This document shows, one piece after another, positions 1-13,292 of a stretch of DNA of 64,000 nt. Within the stretch, counting starts at the first letter, position 1, and every line of letters starts with the position of its first letter. The notes under the pieces were generated by a model. The model made no database searches and was not told the DNA's origin. It saw only the letters and a program-made list of their open reading frames with translations. The stretch spans positions 127,720,001 through 127,784,000 of the forward strand of contig OX597815.1 of NCBI GenBank assembly GCA_951406725.2, in the 5' to 3' direction. Both the position numbers and the translations under genes were made by a program. This DNA comes from Octopus vulgaris. Its lineage: Eukaryota.

Positions 1-99
1 GAATCTCTTATGTTCAAAGCTTAAAAACGTTTGAAAATGGTATTCATTTTTTCCAAAAATATAGCATAACAGTTGGAGGTAAGTTTTAAAAATTCAATT

Positions 100-353
100 G
101 TAAAATAAATGAGAATACTAAAAATGAACCCAACCCTGCCCAAAAATTAAGTAAAAATAATCAGAAAAATTATCCAGAATCCTTGTCCAGTACTGGATCA
201 ATCTCAAAATCTAATCAGTTCATTCTAGTCACAAGGTAAAACATCCCTGAAAGTTTCATCCAAATTTATCCAGCGGTTCTTGAGATATTTTGTCCACAGA
301 CAAACAAACATGACTAAAAACAATACCTCCACTTTCGCTAAGGCACAGGTAAT
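100..353. mobile_element. Probable non-autonomous Helitron/Helentron-type (HINE-like) repeat end
   Basis: Contains aagtttcatccaaatt...ttcttgagatattttg, (caaa)n and the end aaaacaatacctcc...aaggcacaggtaat, which I recall from such repeats; palindrome tccagtactgga at 186-197. Recognition from memory only. Confidence 0.4.
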
Positions 354-419
354 AAGTACCAAACACTCACACACTGTCACATTCACTGTTACTTTATCAT
401 TATTTCATAATAACAGTAG

Positions 420-620
420 TTTCTAATTTAGGCACAAGGCCAAAAGTTTTAAGTGAAGGAATCTAGTTGGTACCAAAGTATTGATTGGTACTTTATTTGA
501 TTAATCTGAAAGGATAAACAGCAAAGTTGATTTGGTAAGATTTGAACACAGAAAATAAAGAGCTAGAAGATACATCACATAGCATTATTGTTTTTCAGTC
601 CTCTAACAATTCAACCAGTT
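420..620 (-). mobile_element. Decayed tRNA-derived SINE (Nin-domain type, family A)
   Basis: ggcacaaggcc...tggtactttattt...gaaaggataaacagcaaagttga is the reverse complement of the clearer copy at 52437-52665. Confidence 0.6.
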
Positions 621-974
621 CACTGCTTTATTATTTTGTAATATTAATATATATTCTTAAGCTTCAAAGTTTTGATTATACATCTACAACTTGGTTATTT
701 AGATACAATAAATACCTAATAGAATATTTTTTAAATTACACAATACTAATATGTGTGTATGTATGTACATGTTTGTATATATGTGTATAACATCATCATC
801 ATCTAACATCCATTTTCCATGATGATGGTGATGATGATGATGATGATGATATATATGCACACACATACGTGTACATACACATACATACACCCACATTATT
901 AATATGCTATAACATATAAATATACATTTATGCATGTTTGTCTGCATATACATGCATGCATGCATGTATGTAAA

Positions 975-3650
975 TCATTCTACTGGGGAATTTCAATGCC
1001 AGGGTTGGAACAGACTGGTAAACATGGAACTCTCTAAGACATTTTGGAGTAGGAAAAATGAATAGCAATGGTTTCATGCAGCTGGAGCTCTATGATGAAC
1101 ATGGACTTCACATCGCAAGCACTCATTATGCACAAAGTTGATCACACAACAACGTGGATGCATCCAATGTCTAAAGTTTGGTACTTGCTGGATTATGTCA
1201 TCATCCACAAGTGTGACATCTATAACAGTTGTAATGTCAAGTCCTTTCATGTATCGAAATGCTGGACAGACCACAGTCTGGTGCAAGCAAAGCTCCAGAT
1301 GATGATTAGAGTGAAAAAGAAGAGGGTCCGTCAGCATTCTTCGGTGTCTGAATGTCCACAAGATATATGATGTTGTGTTGAGGAAAGAGCTTCAGACTCA
1401 CTTGTCCAGCATTGAAAATAGAAAATACTGCAGTGCTGCTAAAACACTGAGATACACTACTGCCAGACACAGAGACTGGTTTGATGAAAATGATGCTGAA
1501 GTGCCATGTCCACAATGTATTGCTACACAGAGGACCGTCCTCTGTGCAGCAAAATCTAGCACTTGCCCACTTCAGCAGTGTAAAATCACTACTGCAGCAA
1601 TCTCTCAGGAAGATGCAGAAAATTTAGTAGGAGGATCTTGCTAGTGATGTTCAGGCTGATGCAAATGACAGTAAGAAGCTTTACCCTCTTATGAAGCAAG
1701 TTTATGGGCCTTAGAGCTCTACATCAGCTCCTTTGCTTTCTAAGGAGTCTTCCACTCTATTTACTAAATCAACAGAAATCACCAGTCACGGGATCAAACA
1801 CTTCTCTGAACTCCTAAACCATGAGTCAGTTGTAGATGAAACGGTGATTGATACTATGCAACAAAGACCTATCATTGGCTCCTTAAATTCCATGCCCTCA
1901 ATAGTTGAAGTAATGACATCAATAAGTAAATTGAATCTTGATAGGGTACCTGACAAGGGTGGAATTTGTGCTGAGGTCTTGCGATTTGGTGGTGATTACA
2001 TCATACAGTCCCTTCATGAACTTATTAGTGCAGTCTGGAGGGATGGTACAATATCTAAGGACTGGAAGGATGCAATTATTCTTCCTCTCTATAAAGGAAA
2101 AGGAGCCAGAACAATGTGAGGTAACTACAGAGGTATTGCTCTACTATCAGTTGCTGGCAATTTTCTGGCAAATATTCTTCTTACCCGCATGAATGAGTGT
2201 CTCATAAATTATGTCCTATCTGAATCTCAATGTGGCTTCCGATCTTGTAGAAGGACAATGGATATGATTTTTACAGCAAGACAGATGCAGAAGTGCTATG
2301 AGCAGAATATGGATCTTGTCCAGGTATTCATTGATTTATCAAAGGCCTTTGATACTGTAAATAGGGCCTTTCTATGGAAAATACTTGGCAAACTTGGATG
2401 TCTGGATCACTTTGTATCTATAATTAAATCATTTCATTATGGAATGGAGGCTTGGGTCAATGTTGGAGGTGGCATGGCAGGACCCTTTCCAATAAAGAAT
2501 GGTGTCAAGCAGGGTGAAATCCTTGCCCCAACTCTCTTTTCTTTGTATTTTGCTGCTGCTTTTACTCATGCTCTTGCTAAGGTTAGCTCTCTGGGAATAT
2601 ATGTCAGATATCAATCTTCTGCCACCTCTTTAATCTGTGCCAATTTGCTGCCAATTCAAAAGTTTCCGAGTATCTTATTCGTGACCTCCTTTATGCAGAT
2701 GACTGTGACTTAGTCACTCATATAGTGAATGGCATACAAATACTTATGAATTGTATTTCTGCTTCTTGCAAGGCATTTGGACTCAGCATTAGCCTGGACA
2801 AGACTGTTGTTATGTGCCAGCATGCACCATGAAATCCATATGTGGAACTAGCTATCTTGATTGAAGGAACAATTTTGGAAGAAGTAGACAAGTTTGTCTA
2901 CCTGGGCAGCACACTCAACCATTCTTGCTTCTTGGATGATGAAATATCTTTCAAGCTGCAGAGAACAACTGACTCCTTCTGGTCTCTTAAGTCTTGTTTC
3001 TGGTCCCAGCATGGCATCACAAAGCAAACAAAAATTGCTGTGTACCGTTAATGTGTACTGATATTTGTAAGATTTGTAAGAGTCTTTGAATGCTTTCATC
3101 AGAGATGTCTCAGACACATTCTGAATGTTAGCTGGATCATAAAAACTCCAGACACACAGGTCCTGAGGACAGCTGATATCTTGAGTATTGAGGCAATGGT
3201 GCACAGGCACCAGTTATGTTGGACTAGATACCTTATTAGAATGAAGAATAGCAGGATCCCTAAGCAGATGCTAAATGGGAAACTTATGAATGAACAGAGG
3301 CTGCGATTTAAGGACTGTATCAAATCCTCATAAAAGGCCTGTGATATGCAAGAGACTGACTGGGAGAACGATGCCTGTCATTGCCACAGATGGAGGAAGC
3401 GGGTTGAGGAAGGGATCAACACTTTTGAGAGAGAACGTATTCTGGATGAAGAAATTAAGTGTGCTGCTCAAAAGTGCACTACTGGTGTAGTGAATGGGGA
3501 AGGCTTGGTCTGCAATATTTGCAGTCATGTATGTTTGACAAGAGCAGGGCTCATTAGCCATTAACGGAGCCACAAATGCAAAATATAAGTTAGTCCTAGA
3601 GCACACAATGTTCCTGAAGGTCAGCAATGGTCTTCCTCGGTCATCATCAT
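975..3650 (+). mobile_element. Decayed RTE/BovB-type LINE ORF2 (APE endonuclease + reverse transcriptase)
   Basis: Frameshifted fragments ILLG.FNARVG, WTDHSLV, ESQCGFR, FIDLSKAFDTV, GVKQGEILAPTLFSLYF, LLYADD, FVYLGS and a C-terminal C2H2-like CNIC...GLISH, ending in (cat)n. Confidence 0.88.
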
Positions 3651-3669
3651 GTATGTATGCATTTATGGA

Positions 3670-5516
3670 TGTCATTATTTAGTCTATTTCAAGATTTCTT
3701 GCCAATAGAGAAAGAACCAGTTTCTAACCTAGATCCAAGGTTCCTTCATTGGAATTTCAGCATCAACAACAAGGTATTTTTGTTTGTATGTATGTATGTA
3801 TGTATGTATGTATGTATGTATGTATGTATGTATGTATGTATGTGCAGATTTGTATGTTTTATGTATGTATCCTCAAACATATAGTTACATATCTAGACAT
3901 GCTCATATATATTTAAATGATAAACTTCTGGTAAGTTTTACAGATATTTACAGTTCCAGTTATGGATTTGATCTGTAGTCTTCAAATTAGCTTTCTCCTA
4001 TCTGGTTTTGAGAAGCCTAATTTCTCAAGATTGGTATTTAGGCAGTGTGTTACATATCCCAGGGTCCCAATAATTACAGGTATAAACCTGAACTTGTAAT
4101 CTGGATAGAGTAAATGCAGATTTCTCAATAGTTTAGCATACATTTTCTCTTTTTCACTGATCTTCAGCTTTATGTTAAAAACTGCAGGGCAGCTAATTTC
4201 CACAGCTGTGCACAGTTTCTCTTCTCTATCCCAAATCATTATCTCAGGTCTGTTGTGCATGCATTTTATTGAGGTCTACACTAGTACATTCCAACAGTAT
4301 TCCTTTTCATTATGAGTGGCTATGGTTTCTACCATATTGTGGGCTTTTATTTCTTTGTCCTCGGGATTATCCTTCCAACAGATTTTATTTTAGAGTGCTC
4401 TAGCTAAAACCTCATGTTTCATCAGTAAATAATATCGTGATGACATTTTTGGACAACTGCTTATGATGTCGGTGATATCTTCAGTGTGGACTCCACAAAG
4501 TCTGCATCAGTTGTCACATTTTATGGCTTTTTCTGCATCTCTATCCCATTTATGCATCAAGTACTTGGTTGATATTTCCTGTTCCTGGATTGCAAACACA
4601 TACCCTTCAAAGTGGGAGGTAGTAATCTGGCTATTATCCATGATAAACTGCTTGATGATCGATGTTACTATCATCATGGAGTTTTCTACAAACATATCCA
4701 TGCATAGTCTTCTGCTCATTCTTTCATATGGTGATATGTCACGGTAGGGTCATTTTCAAGGTTACCAGACAAAGAGTGTTGCTAAAGGAGCTTCCTTCCA
4801 AATCTTATGATGTTATCAGCCTCATGTATGCAAAATTGGTCAAGGGATGCACTTCGACGTTTGGTGGTCAAAAGATGTTACCAAAGGGATATGATGTGAC
4901 ATTCAAAGGCATTTCGGATCAATGTTAAGTCTCTGTTAAGTCTCTGCTGCCTTGTTTACATTTTAGGTAGAGGTGAGGGTCTATGACACTGTTTATATAG
5001 AATTTATGTGTGCCAGTTAGTATTTTTCAGGTTTTCCCAATGGCTCAAATCTCATCAAGCATCCAATCAAGCAGCCCAAATGTTGCAAACATATTGTGGC
5101 TACTGCTTTATTGAATGCAGAGAGTTCTGAGGCTCAAATTTTCTTTATTCAACTGTAATGTTCTTTAGTGACACACGTTTTGTTACAGGTGCCATTCTAA
5201 GATATATTTTCATCCATCCCTAGATACCTGTAACGCTCCTCGTCAGATACAGGGGAAACACTCAAATCATTGATGGAGATGTTAGTGGTTTATAGCTTCT
5301 CCCCTTTTAACAACCATATAACATTTATCCTGACCAAACTCCAACTTTACATCCTTTGAGAATGTTATAACTAGATCAAGGCTCTTTTTCATCTCGTGCA
5401 TATTCTTTGCATAAGGCTTTAAGTTATCCACAAAGAAACAGTGTGTAATTTTGGTATTTCTATTTCCTTGTGAACCAATGAGATATCCTTCATACTTCCT
5501 TAACATGAATGACAAT
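3670..5516 (-). mobile_element. 5'-truncated R4/Dong-like non-LTR retrotransposon with restriction-like endonuclease, plus 3' UTR
   Basis: HCFFVDNLK (RT motif), EGYVFAIQEQEI, CRLC...IISSCP zinc knuckle and HNRPEIMIWD...VEISCP nuclease. The 3' UTR (3670-3980) matches 56442-56617. Confidence 0.8.
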
Positions 5517-7424
5517 GTATGTATGTATGTATGTATGTATGTATGTATGTATGTATGTATAGCAAGAAAGTAAATGATAGAAAGTAGCACCCAGCACATT
5601 TGTTTGGAATCACATATACTTCATAATAGTTTGACTCATTTCCAAATGAGTTTCATGGATAGGGGGATACATTCTCTCAACAATAAGAGGTAGAGTGGTG
5701 GATTTGAAAGAAATTCAAGATGGCTTCTACATGTTTAGATTATTATTAGTCAGCTAGTATCACATGTTATTAATGCTATCAAATTGACACCAGTTATTTT
5801 TTTTTTAATTTTTAGTTCCATGTGTTTGGATACGATGTTGGCAAGCTGCTAGTGTCACTTTGATAATGGGCTGTGGGATGGTACATTCAGTGACATCAGT
5901 TCTGTGAATTGGGTATTGTATGTTGTGGAGTAAGATGTTGGCGCAAGTCCTGTCATCATTTAGTGGAGTTCGAACACATTAGCAGTAGTTCTACATTAAT
6001 GTTGTGACCAATATAGTAGGCAGTAGTCTATACAGGAGGCAGGGCTTAAATATCCTGCCCTTGTGTGTATGGTCAGCAAAACCTAGGAAGGTATTTGTTT
6101 TCTAAGTGGCCAGCAACTTCAAATTCATTAGCTGGGCATACAATAAGAGAGTTAATTCTTATTGATGGATACTATGGGTTGCTGGAGCATGTATAGTTTC
6201 TCATAGAGTTGGTAATTGCAAACTCCAGGTGTATAGGAAGAGATACAGTCAAAAATACTTCATTGAGGAGGTTATTTTGATGGTCACAGAATCTCCAGAT
6301 GAAGCCAGACAGGGATAGTTTTCTCAATCCCTGCACCTGAAGGATTTCATGTGCTGTGTATAATCCTCTTAAAGTCGTGTCCATACAGTGTCTTGTGATG
6401 CCACTGGATAGTGTAAGGGGGACTTTATAGAGAGACAGGATCCTTCAAGTGGGCAACTGGTAGGATTTTGAAAGTTACAGGTAGGAGTGTAGGTAGAAGG
6501 CTATATAGATATGTGTCTCTTCCTACTGTGGAATACAATGTTTGAGTGATATTAATCTAAACATATGTAGCTGACCTTCATGTTATTTCTGATGCTAATT
6601 AATAAGCATTTACCAAGAAATAATAAATATTATAAACTCTTCAACCTCACATAATGTCTTTTATTTCATTCACAAATTAATCATGCAAAAAAAGAACTTC
6701 CCTCCATATAGAAGTTAACAAATATAACATGATTTATGTTTCTACAGGTTAGCAGAAAGGATAATTTTGCATTATAACCAAAGCTACTTATCTGTAGTTG
6801 AACAGAAGGCATTTTGTTTGAAATTATAACAATGAAAGATTTAACTCAGTTAATACTCAGTTAACATGGATACAATAACTGGCATGGAGATGGTACATAA
6901 AAACGATCCTTTTCTTGCCCACTAAGTAAAAGAAAATCTCTTATAAAACAAATTAATGATGACAATTTGGACCAGCATACTAATGAACAGACTTGATTGA
7001 TCTTAAAGATCAGAATATAAATTTTAGCAAATGATAGAAAATAATGCCATGTATTTTATGCTTGAGAAGTTAGAAAGGTAACTAAAGATTGATTCCTCAA
7101 CAAATTCTGAAACTTAAGGCTAAATAAAAAATACTCTTTTATATGTTACAAAACTATTCACTTGTCTTATCTTTGGCAAAAGATATCATGAGATACAATA
7201 TTGGATTTCTTTTTAAAATAACTTCTTTGAGTTTTAAGATATCACTCCAAACTAATCTATATGTCATTCCAAGGTTGTCAACAGCTACACAAATTTAGCT
7301 CCACTTTGAACAAGAATAAAGTACAAGATTCAATCTTGATTTAATATAATTAACGACTTTACTCTCTTAATTCAATATTTTTACAATGTCAAAATGTTAG
7401 AAATATTAGATTTTCAGTACTCAC

Positions 7425-7658
7425 CAATACAGTGATATTAACAACGGCAGTATCTTCCTTGACTGGTATACCATTATCTTCAGCTTTGACTACTAACTGG
7501 ATGACATTATCAGTCAGGTTTTCATAATCTATATTTGATGGAGTAATAATTCCATTTTGTGCATTTATGGAAAAACTGTTTGAAAGGCCTTGACTAGCAT
7601 TTACTATTGAATATTTTACTTGAGAATTACCTGAATTCTCTTTATCAGCATCAGTTGC
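7425..7658 (-). CDS. Cadherin exon 10 of 10 in window (ATDADKENSGNSQVKYSIV...IDYENL...AEDNGIPVKEDTAVVNITVL)
   Basis: Acceptor tttcactatag, donor gtgagt, 234 nt, phase 0/0; AxDxD and xDYE cadherin motifs. Not in the ORF track. Confidence 0.93.
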
Positions 7659-8442
7659 CTATAGTGAAAGAGAAATCAACAAGAAATTACTCTTCAAACC
7701 AACCGCTTTTACAAAAATAATACATAATAATTACAAAAGAGAATTCCCAAAAACCCATCTGCCTCATGATTTACAGCCACTTTAGAATAGAAAAAAGAAA
7801 TAATATATATGTGAGAAAGTGTGTGTATATTTGTTTACACATACACACATATATAGAAAATCACCTTTTGAGCATTGGGCCTCATGGAGAAATGTGGCTC
7901 AAGCTGATGTTGCAGAGCTAGCAACTGTGTTGATGGTCTTATATCTAGACATAGTGCTGATGTTCTTATATGTAGACATGGTGAATTTATAGTCACAATA
8001 AATAGGGGTATGGAAGAGTATCTGACATTAATTGATTTATCACCAGCAGCAAGAACTTAACTGTCAATTCCCAGTGGTTTAAATTTTAAGGAGATGTAAA
8101 ATACTTGCTGCAATGGATCTTTTGACTGTGATAAGGATAAAGATGAATCACCATTATACTTTCTTCTGCCACTCTAAATTATAGTAGGCTTTAGCTATTT
8201 TCTCCTAAAGTTCATTCTGCTACAATAATAGCAATAAGCTATGTAATTCTTTTATTCTCTAGTTCTGATGAAAAATTTGCTAAAAAATTTTAATGGAGTA
8301 TCCTGTATGTTGAAAACCTACATGGTTTTATGCTTCCAAGGAAAGCAGTTTATTTCAAGTTGATGTAATGCTTGCATTGATCAATTAAATGCATTAATAC
8401 CGGGACATCCTTGTTATTTATTTGTTGTGTGTGTGTGTGTGT

Positions 8443-9370
8443 ATTAGCTCACAAGGAATGAAGCCAGTATGATCTGATGGATGTGTAATGTCAGTGTGCA
8501 TACTCGACAGAGTGTACGTACCTTGAGACAAAAGTTGGACATAAGAAGCATAAGATGCAGTGTGCAAGAGAAACGACTGCACTGTATGGTCATGTGGCAA
8601 GAATGGATGAGGATAGCTGTGTGAAAAAGTGTCACAACCCAGCAGTTGAGGGAACCTGTGGAAGAGGTAGACCCAGGAAGACCTGGGATGAAGTAGTGAA
8701 ACACGACCTTCAAACATTAGGCCTCACCGAGGCAATGACTAGTGACTGAGACTTTTGGAAATATGCTGTGCTTGAGAAGACCCGGCAAGCTAAATGAGAC
8801 CATAACCTCGTGGCCTATGCCAGGGGTGTAACCAGCCCACTTATGCATACCTTTCTTTCATTGGACACTAAACTCTGCTTACAAAGACCTGTTGAGGCAA
8901 GTAAAATCGAAATCAAATTCGATGACTGGCATCCGTGCTAGCGAAGTGCTAAGAGCACCATCTGAGCGTGATCATTGCCAGAGCAGCTAACTAACTTCCG
9001 TGCCGGTGGTACGTAAAAAGCACCATTCAAGCGTGATTGTTACCAATGTCGCCTTAGTGGCACATAAAAAAAAACATTTGAGCAAGGTCGTTGCCAGTGC
9101 CGCTGGACAGGCTCCTGTGCAGGTGGCATGTAAAAAAGCACCATTTGAGTGTGGCTGTTGCCAGTACCGCCTGACTGGCCTTCATGCCGGTGGCACATAA
9201 AAGCACCCACTACACTCTCAGAGTGGTTGGCATTAGGAAGGGCATCCAGCTGTAGAAACTCCGCAAGATCAAGATTGGAGCTTGGTACAGCCATCTGGTT
9301 CGCCAGTCCTCAGTCAAATCATCCAACTCATGCTAGCATGGAAAGCAGACATTAAATGATGATGATGATG
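8443..9370 (+). mobile_element. RTE LINE 3' fragment (family R) with 3' UTR tandem array and (gat)n tail
   Basis: YGHVARMDED...RGRPRKTWDEVVK, then gtggcacgtaaaaagcacc units and the aggaagggcatccagctgtagaaac end. Confidence 0.85.
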
Positions 9371-9994
9371 TACATATACATATATATATATATGTATATT
9401 TTTACAGATACACACACACGGGTGAGTGGACAAATGAAAGAAAGAAGCACTCAACACATTTAGTACTGATTATCCAGAGGAATAGATCTATGTTTTTAAG
9501 AATTATTATTTAGAAAGATTCTATGATTATGCATTGAAATGATTTTTTTTATAGAAGGTCTTATGAAATAACTGGATTTTATATTATTCTTGTTGAATTT
9601 GAAGTTTACCTTTGTAGAAGGGTTTCTACAGAAGAGAGTTGTTTTGTCATAGATTTTATAACATTCTAGTTAAATGGCAGATTTTCTAGATTATATTTCA
9701 CTCCATGGTGCAGATTTTTGCTCTTTTAAAGAGTGTATTGTATATACTACTGCGTTTTTGAAGTAGTCATCTACAAGAGACTAGATTACATTTATCACAA
9801 ACAGCAACAAAAAAAATACAGAGAAATAAATACAATTTGCTTCAATCCAGCAGCCAGAATCCATTGAATAAAAAGCTAAATGCTAAAAAGTGTTGACAAG
9901 AATAATTTCTGTAATTATATGAGACTACAGTGAAATCTATTTCATGCAAACACGTCAAGACAATGGAATAAAATACAGACAAGGAATAACTTAC

Positions 9995-10232
9995 TTGAAC
10001 AGTGATTTCATACTCAAAACTGGTTTTGCCCTCTTTCAGAAGTCCAGTATAGAATTTTGGTCTGAATATAGGGGCATTATCATTAATGCCCTCCACAAAA
10101 ACATCTAAATCAACAGTCGCTTTTCGATTACCACCATCAGTGGCTTCAACAAGTAAACTATAAAAAGTTACTTTTTCATAATCCAACTTCTTTAAGACTG
10201 ATATAGTACCACTTTTGCTGTCTATAGTGAAA
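9995..10232 (-). CDS. Cadherin exon 9 (FTIDSKSGTISVLKKLDYEKV...ATDGG...EGINDNAPIF...EITVQ)
   Basis: Acceptor ttctgaaacag, donor gtaagt, 238 nt, phase 2/0 matching the upstream exon; LDYE and xNDNAPxF motifs. Confidence 0.94.
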
Positions 10233-10299
10233 CTGTTTCAGAAGAGAAAATGAGAAGACATATACAAAACTAGAAAAAGCAAAAATAAGTGAAACCGAA

Positions 10300-10556
10300 T
10301 TGGTTAATTTTAAGAGGGAGAGATTTTGTCGATTATATTGACCCCCAGTACTTGACAGTGTTGTTTTATTTCCCACTGAAAGGATGGAAGACAAAGTTAG
10401 CCTTAGTGGTATTTGAACTTAGAATTTAAAGAGCTGGAAGAGATGCTGCTAAATATTTTGTCCAATAATAACTGTTTCTAATATAGGCACAAAGTTTGAA
10501 ATTTAGGGGACAGAGTTAGTTGATTACATCGACTCCTGTACTTGATTGGTACTTCA
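10300..10556 (-). mobile_element. Two adjacent family A SINE fragments
   Basis: gacccccagtacttgac...gaaaggatggaagacaaagtt...atttgaactt, then aatataggcacaa...tggtactt. Confidence 0.6.
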
Positions 10557-10679
10557 CATAAAGCTATATATCATCCAAAAGGGAGGAATTATCTGACCAT
10601 ATCCTTTTCCAATATTATAAGCTATTTTGACTTATACCAAACTGAGTGGCACCAAGGCCAATGATTTGTAATGCCAACA

Positions 10680-11695
10680 GCTCCATGAAGAAATGTTGTT
10701 CACTCAAAGTGGATGGAACTCGTGGAAGAGGGAGACCCAGGAAGACATGGAATAAATTACTGATGGATGACTGCAGAACACTGAACCTTTTGGACAAGAT
10801 GACAAAGGACTGAGATACCTGGTGCCTTGCTGTACTTAAGAAGACCCATCCTCCACAGCAGAAGTGTTAAGGCCACATCCCCTGGTGAAAAGGACAGGCC
10901 TGCAAGAGTCTTGTGCTAGTGCCACATAAAAAGCACTCATGCCAGTGCTACGTAAAAAGCACTTGTGCCAGTGGCATGTAATGCTCATGCCAGTGGCACA
11001 TTAAAAGCACTGAGCACACACTGCTGCAAAGTGGTTGGCATTAGGAAGGGTATCCAGCCATAGAAACCAAGCTAAATCAAACTGGAGCCTACTACAGCTT
11101 CCCAGCTTGCCAGTCCTGGTCAAAGTGTCTAGCCCATGACAGCATGCAAAACAAACATTAAAAGATGGTGGTGATAGTTGTGGTGGTGGTAGTGGTTGTG
11201 GTGGTAGCAGCAGTGATGATGATGATGATGCAATAGGAAATAATAATATTTGCTATCTCGAAATCGATCAATGGAAATCGATCAATGGAAATTGCAGATG
11301 TGTTAACAGTGCCGGTGGCATGTAAGAGAACCTTCCGTTTCGCGACCGTTGCCAGCACCGCCCCGACTGGCCTCGTGCTGATGGCACGTAAAAAGCACCA
11401 TCCGTTCGTGTCCATTGCCAGCCTCGCCTGGCCCTCGTGCCAGTGGCACATAAAAAGCACCATCCGTTCGTGGCCGTTTGCCAGCTCTGTCTGGCACCTG
11501 TGCGAGTGGCACGTAAAAAGCACCCACTACACTCACGGAGTGGTTGGCGTTAGGAAGGGCATCCAGCCGTAGAAACACTGCCAGATTTGCCTGGGCCTGA
11601 TGAAGCCTTCTGGCTTCACAGACCCCAGTAGAACCGTCCAACCCATGCTAGCATGGAAAACGGACGCTAAACGATGATGATGAATGATGATGATT
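10680..11695 (+). mobile_element. Two successive RTE (family R) 3' ends (about 10680-11165 and 11260-11695)
   Basis: ggaagagggagacccaggaagacatgg, gtggcacrtaaaaagcac arrays and a conserved terminal block with a (gat)n tail. Confidence 0.8.
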
Positions 11696-12077
11696 AGATA
11701 AGAGTTTTTAAAATTTTTAGAATATCTAAAACTTAAACAGAGACTCGGAGTATTAGATTAGGTAATTTATTTTATCCTAATCTGAAAGTTTGTCATTCAT
11801 TTAGATGATCTATGAAATTTGAACCAATTAACTTTTTACTATAATATTTATAATAACACACACATTATTCCATCATCAGTAATATTTAACAAGACAAAAG
11901 TTTTCCATGCATCTATAAGTATACGTCTGGCATTTTACTTTATAATGTTATCAACAAATTAAAATTTATGATATAAAGCAATGCTAAATGTAAGATACAA
12001 AGAAAGGAACCAGCAATTAGATTCAATTTCAACTTTCATATACAAACAAAATCACAATCTGAATATTATTTACTTAC

Positions 12078-12139
12078 CTATTGTCTCCAAATATTGCATA
12101 TGTCACTTCTCCATCTTTGCCTAAATCATCATCAGTAGC
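12078..12139 (-). CDS. Cadherin exon 8 (ATDDDLGKDGEVTYAIFGDN-S)
   Basis: Acceptor tattttag, donor gtaagt, 62 nt, phase 0/2; AxDxDxGxxGxVxY motif. Confidence 0.93.
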
Positions 12140-13129
12140 CTAAAATATAAATAAATATTTCCATAACTGAAAAAATTTGCTAAGATATTATACTACAAAT
12201 TAATTAATGACTAATTTTAGGGCTAAAAACTAGAAGTTGAAGAGTAAGCCATAGTTCAGCAAATAAAGAATTGCACTTTTGAAACTATTTAGATACTAAT
12301 CAGTGCTGATGTAACCCAGTTTGTGTGTTCTCTTTCTCTCAAAATGGAGCGTGAGATATTAGAGTCAGGTGAATTCAAATAAATTCAAAGCTGCAATGTT
12401 CTGCTTACTTACTACCCTGCTTTATCATTAGCTAATAGAGAGTTAAAAACTAAAATTAGAAACAATCAAATTAAACATATTTTCAAATAAGGGCTTATAT
12501 AATATAGCATCAGATCTTTAAAGATGAAAATATCTCCCTGTTTTGTCTAATACAAATGCTGATGTACCAACCATAAAATCCAACCAAAACTTCTCTACAA
12601 CAACTGAATGAGGCCCTACTTGGTCACTAAATATATTAGAAAATGTAGCTAGATCTCTTTGCAATAAACAACCTACCATCTTGAAATAAAGGAAAGAAGT
12701 AGTCCTAAATACTGGTGACTAATTCTGAAAACAATCACAATATACTGCATATTATCAATCAATTGAGACAAAGAGACACATCAATCATTAAGATATAGCA
12801 AAGATTGTCAGTTTCAAGATTTTTATCATTAACAACACTAATAAATGAAATAAAAAATGTTGCTGAAATTGAATGGAAACTAGAGACTCGGAACAAAATG
12901 TTAACCTGTAGAAGTGTGGAAGAATAGCATACCAACTACACAGAATCCTGTTTCTTATGAAAATTTTAATATCATCAATTGTACTTGCTCAACCTATTTA
13001 TCTTATAACAAAAACATTTGTATACCATCATATGCAAGAAAGAATAATGATACACATTTTATGTAGCTAGTTCTAAACTTGAGTTATACAGAAATTCATT
13101 AAAAACAAAATTTCACATTAAAAACAACA

Positions 13130-13290
13130 TTGGTACTGGTATGGTTTGCTCCCCAACCATATAGTTTTAGGTTCAGTCCCACTGGACAGTATCTTGGATA
13201 AGTGTTTTCTACTATAGTCCCTGGCTGACCAAAACCTTGTGAGTAAATTTTATAAATGGAAACAAAAAGAAGCCCATTGTATATATATAT
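13130..13290 (+). mobile_element. tRNA-derived SINE (family B), 5' half
   Basis: B-box-like ggttcagtcccactg followed by ttctactatag...gaccaaaaccttgtgagt...agaagccc; matches 26905-27325. Confidence 0.65.
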
Positions 13291-13292
13291 AT

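Noticed and set aside
5800-6560. Further cadherin exon or coding remnant (ORF 6172-6384)
   Set aside because: No cadherin motifs or recognisable family, and I found no exon downstream of 7425 in the window.
11300-11530. CRISPR-like repeat-spacer appearance of the gtggcacgtaaaaagcacc arrays
   Set aside because: The spacers are similar to one another, the arrays are part of a eukaryotic LINE 3' UTR, and no cas genes are present.
11596-11625. CTGATGA-agcc-ttct-ggct resembling a hammerhead
   Set aside because: No GAAA follows, and other copies read cctggtgcagcc here, so it is a chance mutation.
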